From a virus (Duplodnaviria; Caudoviricetes), in IMG/VR virus record IMGVR_UViG_3300050119_000254, positions 1 through 52,593 of that record: a DNA stretch of 52,593 nucleotides; one strand, given 5' to 3'. How positions within the stretch are numbered: position 1 is the stretch's first letter; each line of letters opens with the position of its first letter. The notes below the pieces were generated by a model that saw only the letters and a program-made list of their open reading frames with translations, had not been told where the DNA came from and did no database searches. This document shows positions 20,508-29,589 of this stretch, in pieces. Both the position numbers and the translations under genes were made by a program.

Positions 20508-20556
20508 ACTAAAAAAGAACGTAAGAACATTTCATAGTCGCCGCATTCTTTTATAT

Positions 20557-21396
20557 ATGATATTAACACCAGAACAACGAGAACACCGTCGCGCCACCAG
20601 ACAGGAGCGTCGCCGACTTAACAGAGAGGCCAACAACGAAGCGCATCAAAAATTGCTTCAAAGAGGTGGTCGATATATGGAGTTACACGGCAGCAAGTAT
20701 ATCGGTAGATATGTGAAGGGTAGTAAACATTGGCGCGATGAGAACGTTGAGTGGGTGAATTTCCGCAACTCTGTGCTGGAATTGCGAAAAAAGTATTTGT
20801 GTTTGGCCCAATACGGCGGTAAATGCGTCGGGTGCGGAGAAACCCACCCGTATCGGCTGACGTTCGACCATGTTAACGACGATGGGGCCGACGAACGACG
20901 GAAGGGTGTCAAGATATACCCATGGTTGATCAGGAACAATTTCCCCAAGGATATTATCCAATGCTTATGCTGGAATTGTCAGCAGTTCAAGAGACCGCGC
21001 CAGGAGGGTACATATTTTGATATGTTACATCGGGGAATGGTAACAGCGCTTGGTGGCAAGTGCGTTACTTGCGGAATTGATAACTTAAGGCTCCTAACCG
21101 TGGATCATCTTGATGGTGGCGGAAAGCAACACATGCGGACGATCGGCGCAAGACGCCTCTATAACGAAGTGATCAAACATATTGCGGATGGAAAATCTGG
21201 CGTCTATGCGGCCAAGTGCATATCTTGCAACAGCGCGTCCGGCATCATCAGGGTGCGCTACCCAACTATGAAGGAGCGGTTTGAGAAATATCGGGAACAC
21301 TTGAACCCGGAAGATATTCTACTGATGGAACGGGATATATTGGCCGCTGAGCTACTCACCGCCTACCATCATGACGTTACTCAAGAGAGGCGATAA
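20557..21396 (+). CDS. HNH-type homing endonuclease (two HNH units)
   Basis: YGGKCVGC..LTFDHV..QCLCWNC and LGGKCVTC..LTVDHL..CISCN. Confidence 0.85.
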   Translation: MILTPEQREHRRATRQERRRLNREANNEAHQKLLQRGGRYMELHGSKYIGRYVKGSKHWRDENVEWVNFRNSVLELRKKYLCLAQYGGKCVGCGETHPYRLTFDHVNDDGADERRKGVKIYPWLIRNNFPKDIIQCLCWNCQQFKRPRQEGTYFDMLHRGMVTALGGKCVTCGIDNLRLLTVDHLDGGGKQHMRTIGARRLYNEVIKHIADGKSGVYAAKCISCNSASGIIRVRYPTMKERFEKYREHLNPEDILLMERDILAAELLTAYHHDVTQERR

Positions 21397-21664
21397 ACCA
21401 CGCCACCACTATCGCGCTTCGTGGGAGATGTCGTCGGGAGAATTCGATGACTTAGCGTTTGGGATAATAAAGCATGACTTTACATTGTATGTTAATCTGG
21501 TTCGCGATACGTTTATCTGGTGCGTGTTTGATCAGGGATCATTTCCGTTATTCGAAGGGTCTAGTCGCACTATGCGAGGCGCTAAAAAGGCTGCCGAGTA
21601 CGCAGTTTCACGAGTGTTGTGCGCACGGAGGCGTAACATCGGCGGTTTCGACCTGCCCGTATGA
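21371..21664 (+). CDS. stand-alone Trp-rich module ending FDLPV
   Basis: W...FIWCV...GSSRTMRGAKKAAE pattern shared with the polyprotein modules. Confidence 0.65.
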   Translation: MTLLKRGDKPRHHYRASWEMSSGEFDDLAFGIIKHDFTLYVNLVRDTFIWCVFDQGSFPLFEGSSRTMRGAKKAAEYAVSRVLCARRRNIGGFDLPV

Positions 21665-21876
21665 GTGATCCGATCCAGCGCGGGTATCAGGGTGTAATCT
21701 GGTTGAACGATCACGGTGTCAATGTTGTGGTCACGAACGTTAGAAAGGTTGTGTCGCTCAATATGACGCTGCACCGGTACACGGTCGTGGATGGTCAGAA
21801 CAGTCATGTGACCAGCATCGTATTCGCGAGGCGTCAACGATCACGGAAGGGATTGGAAGATCTTGACCTGCCATGA
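21661..21876 (+). CDS. small paralog 1 (RGY.G...VNV.V...Y.V.DGQ.S.V.SIV family), ends DLDLP
   Basis: similar to the next two ORFs; ATGA coupling. Confidence 0.7.
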   Translation: MSDPIQRGYQGVIWLNDHGVNVVVTNVRKVVSLNMTLHRYTVVDGQNSHVTSIVFARRQRSRKGLEDLDLP

Positions 21877-22127
21877 GCATGGAGCATCATCTTGGAATCA
21901 GTCGTGGATACCGGGGCCGTGCCAGACGTGACGATTCCATGGGTGCGGTCGTTAACGTGACGGTGCTGCGAGTTTGCCGGACATCGACGTTTATGTATCG
22001 GCCATACTTGGTCGGGGACGGTCAAACCAGTCACTGGGTCAGCATCGTGTTTGAACGCTGTCGGAGTCGGCACAGGTTCGATCGGGCAGCCATGGGATCG
22101 TTTAATGATCTCGACCTACCTGTATGA
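21873..22127 (+). CDS. small paralog 2, ends DLDLPV
   Basis: similar to the flanking ORFs. Confidence 0.7.
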   Translation: MSMEHHLGISRGYRGRARRDDSMGAVVNVTVLRVCRTSTFMYRPYLVGDGQTSHWVSIVFERCRSRHRFDRAAMGSFNDLDLPV

Positions 22128-22345
22128 TCGATCCCGCTGAAATTAAGCGCGGGTATCGGGGCCGGGTAAGGCTCGCTTCCGGCAAGATCCTGAATGTTGT
22201 GGTGACGAAGGTGGGGCGCAGTCCTCCCAATGCTATGTTGGCCAGATACGTTCAATACACGGTCGTGGACGGGCAGAGCAGCTACGTCACCAGCATCGTT
22301 GATCCCCGTCGATGTGATTCGGTGGATGAGGACTTGCCTGATTGA
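22124..22345 (+). CDS. small paralog 3, ends EDLPD
   Basis: similar to the upstream ORFs. Confidence 0.7.
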   Translation: MIDPAEIKRGYRGRVRLASGKILNVVVTKVGRSPPNAMLARYVQYTVVDGQSSYVTSIVDPRRCDSVDEDLPD

Positions 22346-22359
22346 CGCTACTTATTGTG

Positions 22360-22675
22360 ATGAAAGCTTTGCGATATCATGTGAAACCTGGCGACAAGGG
22401 TCCGTTCTATGCTTATTCGGAAGACTTTATCGGCGCGCTGGTGGGACCTTTTACCACTTTGGAAGAAGCTTCATCGGCACGTGAGAAGGATGCAAGCCTA
22501 TACCGATTACGGGGACGACTTCCTTGGTGTGGTGACGCCGAGCCATCCAGAGTTCGAAGAGCTTAAAGATAATGGGTTGGGGATCATCTCGCCTGAACGG
22601 GATAGAAACATGAATAAGTCCAAGCTTGATGCGTCGGACTTGCCGGAATCACTGGCCGATCGATTGCTCGGATAA
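22360..22675 (+). pseudogene. frameshifted single-module protein with DLPESLADRLLG tail
   Basis: MKALRYH..GPFTTLEEA joins HRHVRRMQAY..DLPESLADRLLG if one base near 22471 is removed. Confidence 0.6.
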
Positions 22676-22725
22676 CGATCCACGTTGGGCTTGGGATAGA
22701 CGGTGGAGGCGTTTGACCTTCCTGA

Positions 22726-22754
22726 TTGACAGCCACCAAGCTGTCCGGTATCAT
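22726..22754 (+). promoter_or_regulatory. sigma70-type promoter
   Basis: TTGACA-17 bp-TATCAT upstream of the RNA ligase. Confidence 0.7.
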
Positions 22755-22764
22755 TCATTGTCCT

Positions 22765-23787
22765 ATGAGCACTTTTAAAGTCACGGTCGAACAGATTACC
22801 ACGTCAGTCCATCACCCGAACGCGGACCGCTTGAGCTTGTGCGGGCTCGCCGGGCTGTCGTTCCAGTTCGTGACGATGCGGGATCAATTCAAGCCGGGCG
22901 ACCTTGTCGTCTATTACCCGGTCGACTCGATCCTCCCCACGTTCCTGATCGAGCGAATGGGGTTGGTGGGCAAGCTGGCGGGCGCGGAGCGCAATCGCGT
23001 CAAGACCGTGCGGCTGCGCGACGCCATTTCGCAAGGATTGGTCGAGCCAGCGTCGATGATCGGGCCGGACCTACAGATCGGCGCTGACGTGACTGAGCTG
23101 CTTGGCGTCACCAAATGGGAGCCGGATCTGGTCTCGGTCAAGAACGCCACATTGGTCCCGATCGGCACGATTGGCTTATCGCCATACGATATCGAGGGCG
23201 CGGAGCGCTATCAGGATGTGGTCGAGCAATTGCTGGACGTGCGCGTGCAAGTGACCGAGAAGCTGGAGGGTAGCAACCTGTCGGTGACGGCGCGTCTGGG
23301 CGAGCCCACGTTGGTCGGGATGCGCAACAAACTATTGATCGAGGATGCCGGTAAGCAGCATCCGATGTGCGAGGCCGCTCGGCGGCAGGGGTTGATTATA
23401 GCTGCCGAAAGTCTTCGCAACTGCTACACGGAGCAGACGACCGTTTACGGTGAATATTTGGGGCCGGGCGTGCAGTCCAACATCTACCGGATGACCGAGC
23501 GCGAGATTCGCTGCTTTGACGTCCGAGTAGGTGACCGGTTTCTGGACTGTGAGCGCGACTGGCCGCCGAATTTCCGGTGGGTGCCGGTGCTGGCCGAGAA
23601 CGTGACGTTGAGGGAATTCCTGGACGGGCGCACCGTTCAGCAGGCTAGCAACGGTGCGTCGCTGCTCGGCGGCGTGCGACGGGAGGGCATTGTGATCAAG
23701 CCAATGATTGAGATGCGGCACCCCACGTTGGGGCGATTGATCATTAAGCAGCGCAGTCCTGAGTATCTGGCCAACTCTGATCTCTAA
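22765..23787 (+). CDS. RNA ligase, DRB0094/Rnl2-like with N-terminal OB fold
   Basis: HPNADRL, VKTVRLR..ISQGL, TEKLEGSN, YGEYLGPGVQ.N.Y, REGIVIKP. Confidence 0.9.
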   Translation: MSTFKVTVEQITTSVHHPNADRLSLCGLAGLSFQFVTMRDQFKPGDLVVYYPVDSILPTFLIERMGLVGKLAGAERNRVKTVRLRDAISQGLVEPASMIGPDLQIGADVTELLGVTKWEPDLVSVKNATLVPIGTIGLSPYDIEGAERYQDVVEQLLDVRVQVTEKLEGSNLSVTARLGEPTLVGMRNKLLIEDAGKQHPMCEAARRQGLIIAAESLRNCYTEQTTVYGEYLGPGVQSNIYRMTEREIRCFDVRVGDRFLDCERDWPPNFRWVPVLAENVTLREFLDGRTVQQASNGASLLGGVRREGIVIKPMIEMRHPTLGRLIIKQRSPEYLANSDL

Positions 23788-23912
23788 TGACAATCTTCTT
23801 CCCTGACAATTGTTCGGACCAGTATATGATAGATTGGCTAATCGCGCGCGGCTTCATCCGAGCTCGAATTAAGATCGACTGGAACTACCGGGTAGTTGAG
23901 ATATACCTGTAA

Positions 23913-24716
23913 ATGGATCATCCCCATTGTCATCAGCGTCGCATCCGGGACTCTCTGGAAGCTCAGGACCGGATAGAGCACCCCGAGCTCTTTGATCGCC
24001 CGATCCAAGACTACCTGCTTGCGCATGAGCGGCATTCCGCTGACATCGGACACCATATCTCCAAGTACGAATGGATCGGCACGGTCGGGACGTTTCCGAG
24101 ATGGTGCTTCACCGCAAGATTGGACGGAGTCATTGGCGGGGCCGTGTTGCTCAATCTCCCCAATGCGTTCTCGAAGCTGCTTGGTGACGGCACCAAGCCG
24201 ATGGAGTGCCTGATCCAGCGCGGCGCCTCGGCCTCGTTCGGCCACCCGCATCTGGCCAGTAAGCTGATCATGTGGTCGATCCGATGGATGGTGGCGAACA
24301 CCGATAAGCGAATCTTTTACGGGTACTCAGACGAGCGGGCGGGGGAGCGTGGCATCATCTACTCGGCCTGCAACTTTCAATGCTTGGGAGGAGGGTTCGG
24401 GGCAGCCGCCATGTATCGTCACCACACCTGGTCGGCTGGTAAGGAGTTCTGCGCCCATTCACTGCGCAGGACTGGAGTGCTCAAAAAATGGATGAAGGAG
24501 CGCGGGATGCCGTGGCTCCCCGAGTACGCGCTGCCTAACGGGTTCAAGAACTTGGCAACCTTACCTGTCTCGATTAAGGAGGCGTGGTACCGGTGGGGCG
24601 ATGCGATCGTCAAGGAGTCCGAGAAGATTAAGATCCCCACCAAGGTCAAATGGGTGATGGTGCTGGGCCGGGACCGCCGTGAGACTAAGCAGTTACGGGC
24701 ACGGATGAAGCTATGA
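23913..24716 (+). CDS. Mom-like adenine-modification (GNAT) protein
   Basis: YEWIG, QRGASASFGHPHLASKLI, YSDERAGERGIIYSACNF. Confidence 0.75.
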   Translation: MDHPHCHQRRIRDSLEAQDRIEHPELFDRPIQDYLLAHERHSADIGHHISKYEWIGTVGTFPRWCFTARLDGVIGGAVLLNLPNAFSKLLGDGTKPMECLIQRGASASFGHPHLASKLIMWSIRWMVANTDKRIFYGYSDERAGERGIIYSACNFQCLGGGFGAAAMYRHHTWSAGKEFCAHSLRRTGVLKKWMKERGMPWLPEYALPNGFKNLATLPVSIKEAWYRWGDAIVKESEKIKIPTKVKWVMVLGRDRRETKQLRARMKL

Positions 24717-24748
24717 ACGTTGCCGTTCGACAACCTTGGCTTTCGCCA

Positions 24749-25080
24749 TCAGCTTGTAGATATATTGGTAATTTCCCTGCGATGCTTCAACAATCGGTCG
24801 ATATAATCGCCTTGATCATCGTGCAGCGGGAAGTTGAGCACCGCCTCCAAACGGCGGATGAGCACAGGGTGTCTGAGCTGACGCAATGCCTTGCCTTCAA
24901 TTTGACGAACGCGTTCGGCCCCAATCCCACGCTTCTCTCCAGCGTCAGTTTGTCTCCGTAGAACCCGCAACGGTCGAAGATTACGGAACGTTCGCGCTCA
25001 TCCAGGGACATCACCACATCCTCCACTTCATGGATAGTTTCTTGCTCGGAGATGATTTCGAAAGGCGATGGGTAAGTCAT
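24749..25080 (-). pseudogene. stand-alone sigma70 region 4 protein, frameshifted
   Basis: LDERERSVI..G....LTLE continues in another frame as GIGAERVRQIEGKALRQLRHP. Confidence 0.75.
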
Positions 25081-25086
25081 GTCGCG

Positions 25087-25116
25087 ACTTTAGCAACATA
25101 ATCGATCGTTTGTCAA
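25087..25116 (-). promoter_or_regulatory. sigma70-type promoter, leaderless spacing
   Basis: TTGACA-18 bp-TAAAGT, 6 nt to ATG 25080. Confidence 0.6.
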
Positions 25117-25119
25117 GTT

Positions 25120-25818
25120 TCATTGCCCCCAATAATCGTCGCACCCATAATGCATTGACCCGAGAAACATGTTCTTCATCTCTGGGAAGCTCCCCGGAAC
25201 GCCATCCGGAAAAAGGTTGCCGAAGTTGTGCGCGCCGATCGCGTCAATCCATGCCTTATATCTCAACCACCTTTCCAGGATATTGCCGTCCTCGGGCCGC
25301 AGACTGTCTTCGTTGATGATGCAAGCATATCGCATGAAAACGAAGCCAAGACGGTGGCGGTAAATGGATGGATGACGGAAGTGCGGCATTTTATCGAAAC
25401 AGCTTACATAGTTTGCCTTGGCGACGGTCAGGACGCTGGTGACGCGCGCCTCTCGGAGCGGCACTATCCTGATCAGGTAACATCGGATCATATGGAGCAC
25501 AAACTCTCGAACTTCCTGCGCGGAGACTGGCATGGTAGTGTCGATAATCCGCACTGGCACCGTTCCTAGGCCCCACGGCACTCCGTGAGGATGGTAGATG
25601 AACCGATGTACATGTTTCCGCCCTGTCGATCTCCCTCGCTCTGTGATGGTCCCATAGAGATATCCACCCGCCCAAAAGTCGTGGGCTTCATATCTGACGT
25701 CAAAAATATCTTCAGCTTGATGCGGCTTCTTAAACGGCTCAGAAAATGTTGCCTTACCAACACGTTTAGGAAGCGCGAACGCTTCTACGGTATGATCGGT
25801 CAGTTGTCTCTCAGTCAT
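25120..25818 (-). CDS. hypothetical protein
   Basis: 232 aa ORF with its own promoter. Confidence 0.65.
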   Translation of the reverse strand: MTERQLTDHTVEAFALPKRVGKATFSEPFKKPHQAEDIFDVRYEAHDFWAGGYLYGTITERGRSTGRKHVHRFIYHPHGVPWGLGTVPVRIIDTTMPVSAQEVREFVLHMIRCYLIRIVPLREARVTSVLTVAKANYVSCFDKMPHFRHPSIYRHRLGFVFMRYACIINEDSLRPEDGNILERWLRYKAWIDAIGAHNFGNLFPDGVPGSFPEMKNMFLGSMHYGCDDYWGQ

Positions 25819-25824
25819 AGGTTG

Positions 25825-25853
25825 ATGTTAGCATCGCGTTCGGCGTTCGTCAA
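25825..25853 (-). promoter_or_regulatory. sigma70-type promoter, leaderless spacing
   Basis: TTGACG-17 bp-TAACAT, 6 nt to ATG 25818. Confidence 0.65.
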
Positions 25854-25865
25854 GCTCTACATTCG

Positions 25866-26592
25866 TTGGCCGTGAACATCGCCGTGTTATTCGATGGGGC
25901 CGGGTTATCGAGACTTGGACTCGAACTCTCGGGTCATATTTGCACCGGGATTGAACTCGATCCGGTTGCTCACTATCTGTCGGGATTCGTCGGCTCTGGG
26001 AACTGTCAGCTGGGTGACGCCACCAAGTTCGACGTTTCCGGGTTCGATGCCGTCTGGGCCAGCCCGCCCTGTCAGAAGCGCAGCGGAGCCATTAAGGATC
26101 GGTTTCACAAGACCGGCGTCCGCCGCCCAGAGTTTGCCGAGGATCACCTAGCATGGTCGTTGAAGATCGAGGCTCCCGTGCTCTGGGTCGAGAACCATTC
26201 AAGGGAGTCGCGGCAACGAGTGGGGGACTGCCTACAACGCTGCGCAGTTTCTGGAGGTTCCAATCCAGTGTCGCAACCGGATCGTGGGCGGACATTACCG
26301 GGCGCCTGCAGTTTTCCGCCCATATCGGCGCTCCTATGGACCGATCTGCCCCACTATTTCAGCGACTGAGTATAAGGGATGCGCGTCCGATCGGCTGCGA
26401 GCGTCCCGGTTCTATGGCCGCAAGCTGACTGTGGACGAATGCGCCTACCACCAAGGGTTCACGATCCCAGATGGGTGGCGGAAGCCGATGTTCGGGTTGT
26501 CGCCCGCGCAATGGCTATACCGTCTCTACAACGCGATCGGCAACGGCGTTGAGGTCAACATGGCTAAGGCGTTCGGCTGGGCGTATCGCTAA
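25866..26592 (+). pseudogene. C5 cytosine DNA methyltransferase, frameshifted near 26195
   Basis: LFDGAG, WASPPCQ, WVEN, then in another frame NAAQF..PIQCRNR, RKLTVDEC..QGF, IGNGV. Confidence 0.85.
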
Positions 26593-26641
26593 TCTCCATA
26601 GCATGGTCACAATGGATGGGCATTAAGCGCTAAGTATCTGG

Positions 26642-27088
26642 ATGCCAGATGCGTTAGTTGAAGTCACCTTAGACATTTTGCTGATCGATGATCAGGAGCC
26701 TATTCACCAGGCGCTTAAGGCCGTCTTTACGTTCCCGCCGCCGCTGACTTACCGGCTCCATAGCGCCTTCTCAATCGAGGAAGGGATTAAGATGGCGACA
26801 TTCATGCAGCCGCACGTCATCTTGCTGGATCTCCACTTTCCGATTGAATCTCCCGATATGGAGGGCGCCCTAGCAGCCATTCCGGGACTGTCTCAGCATG
26901 GGGCCGTGATTCCGTTCACCGGCTACGAGACTCAGAAGCTCTGGGGGCGCGCCATCTCACTAGGCGCCGTTGACTTTTTGTCCAAGGAAATATTGCGTGA
27001 TCCCAACGATCGCAAGCTGCTCATCCATGCGATCACCAACGCAACGTTTCTGCACGACGCTCGACAACAGTCATGTCAACGCCCCTAA
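26642..27088 (+). CDS. single-domain response regulator (receiver)
   Basis: LLIDD, ILLDL, FTG, GAVDFLSK. Confidence 0.85.
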   Translation: MPDALVEVTLDILLIDDQEPIHQALKAVFTFPPPLTYRLHSAFSIEEGIKMATFMQPHVILLDLHFPIESPDMEGALAAIPGLSQHGAVIPFTGYETQKLWGRAISLGAVDFLSKEILRDPNDRKLLIHAITNATFLHDARQQSCQRP

Positions 27089-27582
27089 GTGAACAACAGA
27101 AAGAATTTCTTGGACTCGCCGCGCAATATGTTTTCTCTGGTCATGGAATGCTGTTGCTGCCGCCGCCTTCTCCACCACCTAGGCCGTCGTCCTCTCGTAT
27201 AGCGATCTTCACCGCCGTGGTGCTCTGCATCACCGCGATTGTAGCTCCCACTTGTTCGTTCATCTGGTACCTGGCCTACAAGGAGCGAGACTTCGCGGAC
27301 GCTCGCCGGGACATCAACGACATTCGGGCCAACGACGTCGCTGGGCTCCGGGCCTCCGTCACGCTGCTGAAGTCCAACGCGGTCATGCATGAGAAGCAAA
27401 TTCAGTGGTTGCGCGCCACTGCCGGGAACCCGGATAACAAGTGGACGTTGAGCATGGAGACGTTTACGCTGGATTACCTGTGTCAGCAGAACGGATTGAA
27501 GCCTTTTGACCTCAAGCGCATCCACGAGAACTTGATGCAGGACTTTCCGCACACGGAGTTTCCGGAAGCGTTGGATCAATAG
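27073..27582 (+). CDS. single-TM membrane protein with coiled coil
   Basis: hydrophobic stretch IAIFTAVVLCITAIVAP. Confidence 0.6.
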   Translation: MSTPLSEQQKEFLGLAAQYVFSGHGMLLLPPPSPPPRPSSSRIAIFTAVVLCITAIVAPTCSFIWYLAYKERDFADARRDINDIRANDVAGLRASVTLLKSNAVMHEKQIQWLRATAGNPDNKWTLSMETFTLDYLCQQNGLKPFDLKRIHENLMQDFPHTEFPEALDQ

Positions 27583-28834
27583 CGTATCCGCTAGTTTTGG
27601 CCGACAGATCGAAGTTCCGTTCGATGAAATCAATCACCTCCTGATGGTCGATGGAGCGCGGGAACACGATGTTGGGACCATGCTGATCTAAGTAAATGGC
27701 CTTAAGGTTGCCGAATTGTTTGAGTCCCGATGAAGTGCTGGCGCCGCACTCGTGAGACCCGCACTCAAACTCTCGTTGCGACTTGATTGGAACGTCGTCC
27801 GGGTGATCGGATATCAGCGGACAATGGAAGTGGACCACGCAGTCAAATCCGGGATGATCGTGGAAGACCATGCGCTGCGACTGGCCGCCCACTGATGGTT
27901 TGGCTCCATAAGCGATGACGGTATCCGGTCCGTCTGTGCGCACCAATACCATCCCGACTTCGTTGAGGCGGTTGAAGTTCGATTTACGGATCGAGGTCAG
28001 GAATGAACTTTCATCAAGCTGCACTGCGAAATGTCCGACCGTCGCGCCCTTGAACGGCTTGTAAGCGTTTCTGGCGATGCAATGATCAACAACTGTACGA
28101 AGCGACTCTGGAACGAGATCGGACTTCCATGGAATTGGCTCTCCGCTCACTACCGTGGAGCGGGTAAACGTCAGGTGCGATCGAAGCAGCGCCATTTGCA
28201 CGAGCCCGCGCAGCGCCTCATCTCTGTTCGCGGTGTCGTGATAGACGGCTTCCTCGGGTGTCACCACCATGTTTTGGCGGCTGAGCGCATCATTGACCAT
28301 CACCAGATTGGAACTAGACTCCTTGAGCAACCGCAAACCGGCGTTGAACATCTGCGCGCCCGTGGCTCCGCAGGTCGTCTTGAACGACGCCAGTGTGATG
28401 TCCTTGCGATTTTTCCGGATTAAGGAGACGATCTTGGGGGCCGGTTCCAAATAGACCGAATATTGACCACCGCCTCGGGTGTTGAGCCGTGGCGCATATT
28501 TGCCAGTCTCCATCGACATTTGAATGTCACCCTCAGTAAGGTTGGGGGTGAAGTCGGTGACCGCTGCCGTGAAGAACACGATCTTGGCTCTCTGGTCTTC
28601 GACCATGGCCTCCACTGCTACAGTCAAATCTTGGTTGGTGACAACGTGGGAGTGCACTGGGTCAGCCATTTTGGTCAGGATCAATCTCACATCGAGCGCC
28701 GAGGTTTGCTTCCCGCACTCTTCCGCGATCCGGCGGGCCGTCGTTCCGAAGGCTGGGGCGGTCAGCGCCAGATGGTTGACGATCGGCATTATAGTGCCGC
28801 CACCGAAAATATAGATAAGCTTGTTCATGCTCAT
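27512..28834 (-). CDS. CoaB/DFP-like ligase domain fused to class II aldolase/adducin-like domain
   Basis: GGGT, AAVTDF, FKTT, VMVND; C-terminal HFHCP and ECGS. Confidence 0.7.
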   Translation of the reverse strand: MSMNKLIYIFGGGTIMPIVNHLALTAPAFGTTARRIAEECGKQTSALDVRLILTKMADPVHSHVVTNQDLTVAVEAMVEDQRAKIVFFTAAVTDFTPNLTEGDIQMSMETGKYAPRLNTRGGGQYSVYLEPAPKIVSLIRKNRKDITLASFKTTCGATGAQMFNAGLRLLKESSSNLVMVNDALSRQNMVVTPEEAVYHDTANRDEALRGLVQMALLRSHLTFTRSTVVSGEPIPWKSDLVPESLRTVVDHCIARNAYKPFKGATVGHFAVQLDESSFLTSIRKSNFNRLNEVGMVLVRTDGPDTVIAYGAKPSVGGQSQRMVFHDHPGFDCVVHFHCPLISDHPDDVPIKSQREFECGSHECGASTSSGLKQFGNLKAIYLDQHGPNIVFPRSIDHQEVIDFIERNFDLSAKTSGYAIDPTLPETPCAESPASSSRGCA

Positions 28835-28882
28835 AGGTTAGCGTCACTACTGGCGTCTGTCAATTCTGGCATTCGGAGACGG

Positions 28883-29581
28883 ATGAAGCTATGGTACATT
28901 CACCCGGAGTCAAACTGCGTCGTCGCCAGTGAGCCGACGGATGGTGATGGATGCTTGGTCGAGCTGGGACCGTGCGTCACAGGCAGGAGAGCGGAGATCT
29001 TGTCACTGCTGCGAAACAATAAGATAGATCCGAGGCAGTTTACCGGAATCCCGTCGCAAGCTTATGCTGGGATTGGATCGCGGCAAACGCCTGACTGGGT
29101 GCTGGAGCGGATGGAAACGGTGGCAGAATTCTTAGCCGCATCTGGATGGACGCTCAGGAGTGGTGGCGCTGAGGGAGCTGACACAGCGTTTGAACGTGGC
29201 TGCATCAAGGGAGCCGGGAAGCGCGAAATCTTTCTGCCGTGGGCCGGGTTCAATGACAGCCGATCTTTTCTCCATACGATCCCGGCGGAGGCGTTCAAAC
29301 TGGCCGAACGATATCACCCATCATGGTTATCGCTCAAGCAGGGAGCGCAGAAATTGATGGCCAGAAATTGTCAACAGGTGCTGGGCTCCCACCTTAACGA
29401 CCCGGTTGAGTTCATCATCTGTTACACGGCGGGTGGGCGAGGTTCTGGCGGAACCGGCCAGGCGCTCAGGATCGCCGACGATCGTAACATTCCGGTGCTC
29501 GACATGGGCCAGTTTTGCTCGCTCAACGTGCTCGATAACGCGATCTGCAACTTCTTGCAACACTATGCGGTCGCATCCTAA
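28883..29581 (+). CDS. SLOG/DprA-like nucleotide-binding protein
   Basis: YAGIGSR.TP, LRSGGAEGAD.AFE, ARN..QVLG, GGTGQA. Confidence 0.8.
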   Translation: MKLWYIHPESNCVVASEPTDGDGCLVELGPCVTGRRAEILSLLRNNKIDPRQFTGIPSQAYAGIGSRQTPDWVLERMETVAEFLAASGWTLRSGGAEGADTAFERGCIKGAGKREIFLPWAGFNDSRSFLHTIPAEAFKLAERYHPSWLSLKQGAQKLMARNCQQVLGSHLNDPVEFIICYTAGGRGSGGTGQALRIADDRNIPVLDMGQFCSLNVLDNAICNFLQHYAVAS

Positions 29582-29589
29582 GTATCCGG

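Noticed and set aside
3222-22345. Diversity-generating retroelement as the source of module diversity
   Set aside because: No reverse transcriptase is present, and no template/variable repeat pair differing only at adenines was seen.
28463-28882. N-terminal extension of the SLOG ORF given in the track
   Set aside because: It overlaps the opposite-strand CoaB-like gene; ATG 28883 is the more plausible start.
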